This document shows positions 9,060 to 16,921 of a stretch of 64,000 nucleotides of DNA, piece by piece. Source of the stretch: Minisyncoccota bacterium. GTDB lineage: Bacteria; Patescibacteriota; Minisyncoccia; Phycocordibacterales; UBA9973. Under the pieces are notes generated by a model, which saw nothing but the letters and a program-made list of their open reading frames with translations, was not told the DNA's origin and made no database searches. Each line of letters opens with the position of its first letter. The first letter of the stretch is position 1. The stretch spans positions 607,515-671,514 of the forward strand of contig JBAZVG010000001.1 in the NCBI GenBank assembly GCA_041661005.1, read 5' to 3'. The position numbers and the translations under genes were made by a program.

Positions 9060-9707
9060 CTAGGCTACAAGGGTCACTTTCAGGGAGGCGCCAACACCGA
9101 CGCGGTCGCCCTGGAGACCACCCCAGCCGATGACAGAGAGACCGTGCCCGCCGAAGATACCGACGCACGAGACGTCACCAGCGTTGACCTGCGCGGTCTT
9201 CACGGTACGCTCGGCGCAGGCCGCCCAAACGTTCGGGTTGGACCGCTTTCCGGTGCGACGATAGACGAGGATATCCTTGGTCACTTCGGCGATGGTCGTC
9301 GGCACTTCGTACTCAGGGGGCAACATCGCCACCTGCTCTTCGGGCGTCTTGCTCGTCGAGCCGGGAACAATTTCCCTGAGCATGATGTACAAACGCGGTT
9401 CGAGTACCGCGATGTCCGTGTGTGGCTGACCCACATGCCACGGATTTGTGTTGAAGTAGAACTTCGGCTGTCCGTCCGCCGAATGTAGCTCAAGCCACTT
9501 CGCGACCGTGAGCGGATTGCCGTCGAGCGCCGGCATCCCCATGAAGGCGAAGTGAGTGTCTTTCACCAGTTTGCCCTTGTTGAAGGGGCAGGCGCTCATG
9601 AGGACTTCCTCGACCGCCGGGCCCAACTTTTCAGTTGGGCCGTAGTAACTGACCCAGTCGGCTTGACCGAAGATGCGAACTCGGAGGTCCTGCGTTGTGC
9701 TTGTCAT
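9060..9707 (-). CDS. DGR variable (target) protein, VR at the C-terminus
   Basis: 215 aa; ~60% GC ORF in a ~35% GC context; the last 36 codons are the VR (9083-9190). Confidence 0.8.
   Translation of the reverse strand: MTSTTQDLRVRIFGQADWVSYYGPTEKLGPAVEEVLMSACPFNKGKLVKDTHFAFMGMPALDGNPLTVAKWLELHSADGQPKFYFNTNPWHVGQPHTDIAVLEPRLYIMLREIVPGSTSKTPEEQVAMLPPEYEVPTTIAEVTKDILVYRRTGKRSNPNVWAACAERTVKTAQVNAGDVSCVGIFGGHGLSVIGWGGLQGDRVGVGASLKVTLVA
9083..9190 (-). repeat. DGR variable repeat (VR)
   Basis: 108 bp; 19 differences from TR, all at TR adenine positions (minus-strand sense). AAC in TR becomes GAC/ATC/GGC/CAC/CTC/CGC in VR, and AAT becomes TCT or GGT. Confidence 0.85.
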
Positions 9708-9765
9708 TGCTTTATCCTTTCGGTTGCCAGATTCGCTCTGGCTTTTGTTGCGGCCTGTCTCAGTT

Positions 9766-9850
9766 GAGAGACGAGCCCTCTGTCGCCAAATAAATTATTG
9801 GCTCAAAAAGTTTACCCGTCCCGTCGCTTTAGCGAAGGAGGGCTCGTCTC
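9766..9850 (-). promoter_or_regulatory. 13-bp perfect inverted repeat (gagacgagccctc ... gagggctcgtctc) enclosing two small hairpins, in the 5' leader of the DGR target gene
   Basis: Seen directly; nested stems gccaa-taaattat-ttggc and cgc-ttta-gcg. Confidence 0.35.
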
Positions 9851-9945
9851 ATGTAGGGATTCTTGTAAAAGAGCAGTTCTTTAAACTGTTTTTAGTATAA
9901 CATGAAAGAGGACAACCTGTCAAGAAAATTTAGAAATGTCTTTTT

Positions 9946-10455
9946 CTATTTCACCCCGATCAAATACTTGCGAGGATTCTCGGAAAGATCTACGAAGTCG
10001 TCTACCGCTTCGCGAAGCTTACCGGAAGTTGATTGACTAAACGAGACGACTTCTACTTGCACCCCCATCGTCTGCAAGTATTCCACGAGTGGAACAAAGT
10101 CTCCATCACCAGAAACGATAACCGCAGAGTCGAGGCGAGGCGACATTTTGATAGCGTCTACTGCGAGCCCCACGTCCCAATCCGCCTTCTTGCTTCCCCC
10201 GGCGAATATTTGCAAGTCTTTTGTTTTAGTTTCGATACCGAGCTTGGACAACGCTTCAAAGAAATTCTTTTCATCCCCTGCTTCGGTAGTGATGACATAC
10301 GCCACTGCGCGCACAAGCTTCCTGCCCGCCACTGCATCGCGCAAAACCGCGCCGAAATTTACTCGCGCTTTATATAAATTGCGAGCCGAATGGTATAAAT
10401 TTTGAGTATCAATAAAAACCCCAACCCTCTGTTCTTTATGTTTTATTACTGTCAT
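9946..10455 (-). CDS. NYN-domain (LabA-like, COG1432) protein
   Basis: MTVIKHKEQRVGVFIDTQNLYHSARNLY... then VIVSGDGDFVPLVEYL; the internal Met at 10455 is preferred. Confidence 0.75.
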   Translation of the reverse strand: MTVIKHKEQRVGVFIDTQNLYHSARNLYKARVNFGAVLRDAVAGRKLVRAVAYVITTEAGDEKNFFEALSKLGIETKTKDLQIFAGGSKKADWDVGLAVDAIKMSPRLDSAVIVSGDGDFVPLVEYLQTMGVQVEVVSFSQSTSGKLREAVDDFVDLSENPRKYLIGVK

Positions 10456-10489
10456 GTAATTATTATAGCAGATATTAAAATTTGTCGCA

Positions 10490-10590
10490 GGCGTACTTTT
10501 TAGAAAGCCTTGCGCAGGCTGACGAGCCGAGCAGTTCGCTGGCAAAGCTTTGCCAGATAGATTGCTTTATGAAAAGTATGCCAAGAAAGA
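10490..10590 (-). repeat. intergenic TIR/hairpin repeat family 1, copy A (reverse orientation)
   Basis: Shares ~100 bp with 13517-13609 and 23539-23631; 18-bp terminal inverted repeats; central variable hairpin ctggcaaagctttgccag. Confidence 0.7.
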
Positions 10591-10600
10591 ATTTTAATAT

Positions 10601-10864
10601 CTAAACGAGTTCAACCTTCTTCATCAAAGCGTTGTAGCGAGCCTTGTTTGTTCTTTCCAAATATTTCAAATGAGTGCGTCTGTTGGCCACCATCTTGATC
10701 AAACCCCTTCGAGAATGATTGTCTTTCTTGTGTTTCTTTAAATGTTTTGCCAATTCATCAATCGCCGCAGAAATAATAGCCACCTGCACCTCTGGAGAGC
10801 CTGTGTCCTTATCATGAATCTGATTTTTCTTTATAATTGTCTGCTTTTTCTTTACTGCTAACAT
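10601..10864 (-). CDS. rpsO: 30S ribosomal protein S15
   Basis: TGSPEVQVAIISAAIDELAKHLKKHKKDNHSRRGLIKMVANRRTHLKYL matches the S15 consensus; internal Met at 10864 (88 aa). Confidence 0.9.
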   Translation of the reverse strand: MLAVKKKQTIIKKNQIHDKDTGSPEVQVAIISAAIDELAKHLKKHKKDNHSRRGLIKMVANRRTHLKYLERTNKARYNALMKKVELV

Positions 10865-10962
10865 ACAAAGGATAATAGCATAAACTGGCAAAAATTGCAA
10901 TCCCACCCTCTCCTCAAGATTTTTTGTATAAAATATATTGTGCGACATGGTAGAATATATTC

Positions 10963-11949
10963 ATGGCATCAATTAAAGATCTAAAAAACCAATTTCTTGA
11001 ATATATAGAAATAGAAAAAGGACGAGCGATAAGAACCGTAGAAAATTACGATCATTATTTGACTGTATTTCTGGAGCAGACAAAAATTACAGACCCCAAA
11101 AACATAACCGACGATAAAGTCCGAGACTTTCGTATTTGGCTCAATCGTCAACCCGCATTGCCGGAGCACATGCGAGGCAGGTCCACTGGAAACAATCGCG
11201 TGACAGGCGACACCATAAAAAAGAAAACACAGAATTATTATTTAATAGCTCTCAGAAGTTTCCTAAAATTTTTAACAAAAAGAAATATTAATTCCCTACC
11301 GGCAGACCATATAGAGCTCGCAAAAATCAGTGAAAGACAAATAGACGTAATTTCTCAAGAAGAATTGAAAAGACTTTTAGACGCTCCGAATCAAGAAAAA
11401 AATCCTGAAAGAAAAGCTCGCGACAAGGCAATACTAGAGATGCTTTTTTCCACCGGTTTGCGTGTTTCTGAACTGTGTTCGTTGAAAAATGATTTAGATC
11501 TGCATTTAGACGAATTTTCTATCCGTGGAAAAGGAGGAAAGGTCCGCGTAGTTTTCTTGTCTGACGAAGCCAAGAAGGCGGTGAAAGATTATTTAACTTT
11601 GCGAAAAGACATGTCGGACGCTCTTTTTGCAAAAGTAAATGATGAAACTTTTAAAGGAAAAAATTTGAATCAAAAAAAGAATAACTCAGAAATAGAAGAT
11701 GGCCTAACTCGCCGTTCGATAGAAAGAATTGTAAAAAGATACGCCACGATCGCCGGCATATCCAAAAAAGTAACTCCCCATGTGATTCGTCATGTCTTCG
11801 CGACTGACCTCTTAAGCAACGGCGCAGACATTCGTTCTGTGCAAGCCATGCTCGGCCATGCCAACATAGGTACTACACAAATATATACTCACGTGACGGA
11901 CAAACATTTGCGGGATATACACAAGAAATATCATGGCATCAATAAATAA
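10963..11949 (+). CDS. xerC: tyrosine recombinase XerC/XerD family
   Basis: 328 aa; C-terminal HVIRHVFATDLL...GHANIGTTQIYTHV (R-H-R-Y catalytic residues); extended -10 TGgTAGAAT lies 6 nt before the ATG. Confidence 0.88.
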   Translation: MASIKDLKNQFLEYIEIEKGRAIRTVENYDHYLTVFLEQTKITDPKNITDDKVRDFRIWLNRQPALPEHMRGRSTGNNRVTGDTIKKKTQNYYLIALRSFLKFLTKRNINSLPADHIELAKISERQIDVISQEELKRLLDAPNQEKNPERKARDKAILEMLFSTGLRVSELCSLKNDLDLHLDEFSIRGKGGKVRVVFLSDEAKKAVKDYLTLRKDMSDALFAKVNDETFKGKNLNQKKNNSEIEDGLTRRSIERIVKRYATIAGISKKVTPHVIRHVFATDLLSNGADIRSVQAMLGHANIGTTQIYTHVTDKHLRDIHKKYHGINK

Positions 11950-11969
11950 GGTATAATAAATTCATAAAT

Positions 11970-12623
11970 ATGGATTATTCAAAACACAAAGATTACTACA
12001 AAACGGCATATCAAAATGGCACTGACATTTGGACGCACTTGCCGGTCAAGACAAGGGGCGTAAAGAAATTGATAGAAAAACTGCCTCCCGGTGGATCTAT
12101 TTTAGACATCGGTTCTGGGCGTGGACTTATTGCAAAAAATTTGGCAGAAATGGGTTTTAAAGTTATCGGTATAGATTTCGAAGGAGATGTCGTGAGGAAA
12201 GTAAACGAGGAAATAAAAAACTGGAAGCTGGAAGGCAAGTTGAAATTCATAGAAGCAGATGTCTTTGACATACCCTTCACAGATGCTAGCTTTGACGGAG
12301 TTTGTGATTTTGGATTATTGGAAAATTTATACCAAGGAGACTGGGAGCTTTATGCAAATGAGATAAATCGCATCTTGCGACCGGGTGGATTTTATTTAAA
12401 TGTTTCCTTATCGCGCAAAACGAAAGATTTCTTAGACTTCTCCCCTATCAATTCTAAAAATGGAGAACTTGAAAAAGATGACGTGCACTATCATTTTTTC
12501 GAAAAAGAAGAGATTGTAAATATCTTTAACAAAAAAATGACATTAGTTTCCGATAGCATAGAATTTTCAGAAAAACCAAGAGAGGTGGCGCTACTGCAAA
12601 CACTTTTCCAAAAGAAAAAATAA
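11970..12623 (+). CDS. class I SAM-dependent methyltransferase
   Basis: Motif I ILDIGSGRGLIAKNLAEMGFKVIGIDF. Confidence 0.75.
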   Translation: MDYSKHKDYYKTAYQNGTDIWTHLPVKTRGVKKLIEKLPPGGSILDIGSGRGLIAKNLAEMGFKVIGIDFEGDVVRKVNEEIKNWKLEGKLKFIEADVFDIPFTDASFDGVCDFGLLENLYQGDWELYANEINRILRPGGFYLNVSLSRKTKDFLDFSPINSKNGELEKDDVHYHFFEKEEIVNIFNKKMTLVSDSIEFSEKPREVALLQTLFQKKK

Positions 12624-12650
12624 AATACAAACCTCTCCCCGCCTTTGGCA

Positions 12651-12680
12651 CCCCTCTCCATTCTACGGAATGGAGAGGGG
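12651..12680 (+). terminator. GC-rich hairpin (cccctctccatt-ctacg-gaatggagagggg) after the methyltransferase stop, next to the xth promoter
   Basis: 12-bp perfect stem; an extended -10 gTGTATAAT follows at ~12690. Confidence 0.35.
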
Positions 12681-12707
12681 TTGGGGGTGAGGGTGTATAA
12701 TAGAACA

Positions 12708-13514
12708 ATGCGATTAGTTTCTTGGAACGTAAACGGGATAAGGGCAGTGCATAAAAAAGGACTTCTTATGCCTTTTATAAAAAAACATAAACCAGATATT
12801 TTTTGTATCCAAGAAACCAAAGCACAAAAAGATCAGAGCGAGGTAGATCTGTCAGACTATGAAGAATATTGGAACTCAGCTACACGCAAAGGATACAGTG
12901 GCACCGCAATATTTGTACACAAATCTTTTGAGAAACCACTCGCTGTCACACTCGACTTTCCACAGAACATTGTGAAACAATATAATTTGTCTACCGATAA
13001 TTTTGGAGATGTGAATGCTGAAGGCCGAGTTTTAACTTTAGAATTTAAAGATTTTTATATTGTAAATGTTTACACACCAAATAGTAAACGTGAACTCACA
13101 CGGTTGAAACTCAGACATAAACAATGGGACCCTGCCTTTCTTGAATACATGAAAAACCTAGAAAGGCGGGGCAAGTCCGTCATTTTCTGCGGAGATTTAA
13201 ATGTTGCGCACACACCTGATGATCTTGCGAATCCAGAAACCAATCACACGACGCACGGTTTCACAGACGAGGAACGTGAAGGAATCCAAAATGTAATCGA
13301 TTCCGGTTTCACAGATACTTTTAGAATGTTTACAAATGGAAACGGACACTATACATGGTGGAGTCCTTTTAGAAATGCGCGAGCGAGGAACATAGGGTGG
13401 AGAATAGATTATATTTTCGTAAGCTCTGAATTATTAAAGAAAATAGTGAGCTCAAAAATATTTCCTGAAGTTTTAGGTTCTGATCATTGTCCGATTGTGC
13501 TTGAAATGTCTTAA
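12708..13514 (+). CDS. xth: exodeoxyribonuclease III (AP endonuclease, EEP family)
   Basis: MRLVSWNVNGIRA... with a C-terminal histidine motif; internal Met at 12708 preferred. Confidence 0.88.
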   Translation: MRLVSWNVNGIRAVHKKGLLMPFIKKHKPDIFCIQETKAQKDQSEVDLSDYEEYWNSATRKGYSGTAIFVHKSFEKPLAVTLDFPQNIVKQYNLSTDNFGDVNAEGRVLTLEFKDFYIVNVYTPNSKRELTRLKLRHKQWDPAFLEYMKNLERRGKSVIFCGDLNVAHTPDDLANPETNHTTHGFTDEEREGIQNVIDSGFTDTFRMFTNGNGHYTWWSPFRNARARNIGWRIDYIFVSSELLKKIVSSKIFPEVLGSDHCPIVLEMS

Positions 13515-13516
13515 AA

Positions 13517-13609
13517 ACTCTTTCTTGGCATACTTTTTATAAAGCAATCTATCTGGCGTTGCTACGCCAGCGAACTGCTCGGCTCGTCAGCCTGCGCAAG
13601 GCTTTCTAA
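13517..13609 (+). repeat. intergenic TIR/hairpin repeat family 1, copy B
   Basis: Starts 3 nt after the xth stop; central hairpin ctggcgttgctacgccag (compensatory relative to copies A and C). Confidence 0.7.
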
Positions 13610-13664
13610 AAAATACGCCTGCAACGAGTTTTTAACTAAAGAGTTTTGTGCTATTATTTTAACT

Positions 13665-14327
13665 ATGAATCATAGTAGACTAGATCAGCTTTCAGACGGA
13701 ATATTTGCCATCGTGATGACTATTCTCGTCTTTCAGATTGAGCTACCGACAATCTGGGGGCCGATAGATAACCTAGGACTCTGGAACGAAATTGCAAAAT
13801 TACTTCCAGTATTTTTGAGCTACGCTTTGAGCTTCGCCATTCTTTATACTTATTGGCGAGCGCATCATTTCTTTGTAACTATTTACGCCAAAAATGTTGA
13901 CTCAATGCTCATAAACATCAATGCCCTATTTCTCATGCTGATAAGTTTGATACCCTTTTCATCCAGCATCCTCGGACAATTCAGCAAGAATGAATTGCCG
14001 ATAATAATATTCGGAGTACATACGATTTTGATCGGGCTCACCTTGTATTGGATGCGAAGATACGTCTTGTATTCTGAACATATAAAAAATCCAGAAATAA
14101 CCAAACGCGAAATTCGCGGTAGCACCGTTCGCACTTTGGCACCCGTAGTCTTTGCCATCATTGCCATACCGCTTTCTTTTTTCAGCATAACTCTTTCTCT
14201 TATTTTGTTCACTTTGGCTGTTATTTTCAATCTGTCCTCATATAGCACTCGTCTTTTCGAAAAAATAATGAAAGCAATTCATGGCTTCATGTTCGGAGCT
14301 GACATAAAAGGCCACTTCGCAGACTAA
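13665..14327 (+). CDS. DUF1211/TMEM175-family membrane protein (putative K+ channel)
   Basis: N-terminal RLDQLSDGIFAIVMTILVFQIELP signature and multiple TM helices. Confidence 0.7.
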   Translation: MNHSRLDQLSDGIFAIVMTILVFQIELPTIWGPIDNLGLWNEIAKLLPVFLSYALSFAILYTYWRAHHFFVTIYAKNVDSMLININALFLMLISLIPFSSSILGQFSKNELPIIIFGVHTILIGLTLYWMRRYVLYSEHIKNPEITKREIRGSTVRTLAPVVFAIIAIPLSFFSITLSLILFTLAVIFNLSSYSTRLFEKIMKAIHGFMFGADIKGHFAD

Positions 14328-14355
14328 AAATGCTGGTTTTTAGGTAGAAAAATTT

Positions 14356-16041
14356 ATGCAAAAAATTTGCCAGACATGTAAAAAAAATTTTGAAATAAGG
14401 GATGAAGATTTAACTTTTTATGAACAGGTAAAAACTGTTCCCCCACTTGATTGCCCTGACTGCCGTATGGCAAGACGGTTAGTTTTCCGTAACGAGAGAA
14501 CTTTTTATAAAAGACCTTGTGATCTTTGCAAGAAAGACATGATTTCCTTGTATGACGACAAATCGTCCTTTTTGTCATATTGCCACGATTGTTGGTGGAG
14601 CGATAAATGGGATCCAAAAAGTTTCGCCCAAGATTATGATCCGAACAAAACATTTTTTGAACAATTTAGAGAATTACAAAAAAAGGTGCCGAGAATTGGT
14701 TTGATGGTCTTAAATAATGTAAGAAGTGAATACACAAATGGCGCAGCCGAAAATAAAGATTGTTATCTGATTTTTGCCGCTGATTATAATGAAGATTGTC
14801 TGTATGGAAGACTGCTTCAAAGGAATAAAGGATGTGTAGACTGCGCTTTCCTGCACGAATCCGAGCTTTGTTATGAATGTATAGACACTAGAGGATGTTT
14901 CAAATGCATGTTTTGCGAGCAATGCCAATCTTCAACCGATCTTTTATTCTGCTACAACATGCGCAATTCAAATAATTGCATTTTCTGCACGAACGGAAGA
15001 AATGTTTCCAACGCAATCCTTAACGTAAAGTATACAAAAGAAGAATATGAAGAAAAGAAAAAGGAAATCCTTTCCAGTTATGACAGCATCGAGCAAGCGA
15101 AAAAGGAATTTGCAGAACTAAAGAAAAAAACTATTGTAAAATACGCTTCACAAACCAAATGCCACAATGTGACTGGCAACTATTTACATAACTGCCATCA
15201 AGGAATAATGCTCTATGACACTTACGACTCAAAAAATTGTTCTTACATGACGGACACAGAAAATCCGACAGATAGCATGGATTGCAATAATTTTTACTAT
15301 AAATCAGAATTTTGTTATAACGTTATGGGGTCAATCCAAATGAGTAAAGTTAAAAATTGCGCATTCGGTTTTTACTCAAATGAAACAGAATATTGCGAAA
15401 ATTGTTACAACCTGACAAGTGCATTTGGATGTTCCGCTATTCGTAAAGGTGAATATATGATTTTGAATAAACAATATTCTAAGGAGGAATACTATGAACT
15501 TAGAGCAAAAATTGAAGAGAGTATGAGAAAAGAAAATGTTTACGGACAATTTTTTCCAGCCAGTCTAGCCCCTTTCGGATATAATGAGACACTTGCACAC
15601 GAATATTTCCCTCTAACTAAAGAAGAAGCGCTTAAAAGAGGTTTCAGATGGCAAGAAAGAACTACCGGCACCTACGGTAAAGAAACAATCAAAGAAAATG
15701 ATATGCCGAAGACTATCGGAGAAGTCACTGAAGATATTTTAAACCAAGTTTTGGTGTGTAAAGACTGCAAAAAGAATTTTCGCATCACAAAATCCGAATT
15801 GGACTTTTATAAAAGAATGAACATCCCCCTTCCCCACAAAGATTTCGAATGCCGACATCAAGATAGGATGAAGAAACGCAATCCACGTAAACTTTGGCAC
15901 AGAAAATGCATGAAAGAAGGTTGTCAAAATGAATTCGAAACCTCCTACTCCCCCGACCCGCGCTACGCCGAAGGCTCCGGCGAGGCGAGCCGTCCGGAGA
16001 TAGTGTATTGCGAGACTTGCTATCAGCAGGAAGTGTATTAA
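14356..16041 (+). CDS. cysteine-rich protein with homologous N- and C-terminal zinc-ribbon modules (paralog of 59195-60916)
   Basis: 561 aa; ~50 Cys; modules CxxCKKxFxIxxxDLxFYxxxxxPxPxxCxxCR at both ends; central CxxC repeats; shared C-terminus ...KLWHRKCMxxGCxNEFETSY...RPEIVYCxxCYQQEVY. Confidence 0.6.
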   Translation: MQKICQTCKKNFEIRDEDLTFYEQVKTVPPLDCPDCRMARRLVFRNERTFYKRPCDLCKKDMISLYDDKSSFLSYCHDCWWSDKWDPKSFAQDYDPNKTFFEQFRELQKKVPRIGLMVLNNVRSEYTNGAAENKDCYLIFAADYNEDCLYGRLLQRNKGCVDCAFLHESELCYECIDTRGCFKCMFCEQCQSSTDLLFCYNMRNSNNCIFCTNGRNVSNAILNVKYTKEEYEEKKKEILSSYDSIEQAKKEFAELKKKTIVKYASQTKCHNVTGNYLHNCHQGIMLYDTYDSKNCSYMTDTENPTDSMDCNNFYYKSEFCYNVMGSIQMSKVKNCAFGFYSNETEYCENCYNLTSAFGCSAIRKGEYMILNKQYSKEEYYELRAKIEESMRKENVYGQFFPASLAPFGYNETLAHEYFPLTKEEALKRGFRWQERTTGTYGKETIKENDMPKTIGEVTEDILNQVLVCKDCKKNFRITKSELDFYKRMNIPLPHKDFECRHQDRMKKRNPRKLWHRKCMKEGCQNEFETSYSPDPRYAEGSGEASRPEIVYCETCYQQEVY

Positions 16042-16048
16042 TTTAAAT

Positions 16049-16909
16049 CTATTTAAGTTTCTGAAATTCTTTAATAAATTGAAGTGGATTCACAGAAGCA
16101 TTGCCGACTTTAATAGCAAAATGGAGGTGCGCACCCTCTACATCTGCTCCCTGATCGCCCGAATAGCCAACAATTTCGCCTGCTTTTATTTTTGATCCAG
16201 CTTGCACCAAAACTTTTGAAAGATGTAGATATTTTGAAATAACTCCATCACCATGATCTATCACAACTGTCGGCCCTTCTAAATACAGTGCCTTACTTTC
16301 ACCCCAGAGAATAATACCGTCGGAAATCGCATAGACCGGCGTGTCAATTTTTGCGCGTAAATCCACTCCTTGATGTGTGGTTGAGTAATTGGTATAAATC
16401 CTTTTATATCCAAACGGACTTGTGGTCGTCATAGTATCAAGTGGATCTCTGAAGATTGATTTCCAAAGCTTGGGTTTCGTTTCTGTAACTACCTTAGTAA
16501 GTAAAGCTACAAGTGGAGCTTTGTCTTTTAATACGACCTCCTGCTTTGCTTTAGGAAGCGTCGCAAATTTATATGCTGTTTTTGTCACAGTTTTTTTGTA
16601 AGTTCCTAATTTTACCTGAATAACTCTCCTATCTAATTCTTTTTCACCTTCTTTAATTCGAAGATTATAATTACCGAGTTGCTTGCTCACGTCAACCGCA
16701 ATAAGAGTATACTTTCGATCACCATAATCAAAAACCGGCATTTTTACACCACCAAACAATACCGAAGTTGTCGTCGAAAAATATATCGGATACAAAAGCA
16801 CCTCCCCTTGTTTCACAGTTAAAAGAGCGGCATCCGATTCATGACTAAATCCCAAAATACATGACAAAAAAATTAGAAAGATGAAAAATCTTGCGCTAAA
16901 ATTATTCAT
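16049..16909 (-). CDS. M23-family metallopeptidase (LytM-like), secreted
   Basis: Signal peptide; HxxxD ... HLHF catalytic motifs. Confidence 0.85.
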   Translation of the reverse strand: MNNFSARFFIFLIFLSCILGFSHESDAALLTVKQGEVLLYPIYFSTTTSVLFGGVKMPVFDYGDRKYTLIAVDVSKQLGNYNLRIKEGEKELDRRVIQVKLGTYKKTVTKTAYKFATLPKAKQEVVLKDKAPLVALLTKVVTETKPKLWKSIFRDPLDTMTTTSPFGYKRIYTNYSTTHQGVDLRAKIDTPVYAISDGIILWGESKALYLEGPTVVIDHGDGVISKYLHLSKVLVQAGSKIKAGEIVGYSGDQGADVEGAHLHFAIKVGNASVNPLQFIKEFQKLK

Positions 16910-16921
16910 ACTGCTATCATA

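Noticed and set aside
9144-9767. Several ORFs (9144-9488 +, 9281-9493 -, 9552-9767 +) overlapping the DGR target gene
   Set aside because: The locally high GC suppresses stop codons in all frames. Only the minus-strand 9060-9707 frame carries the VR in a TR-matching codon register.
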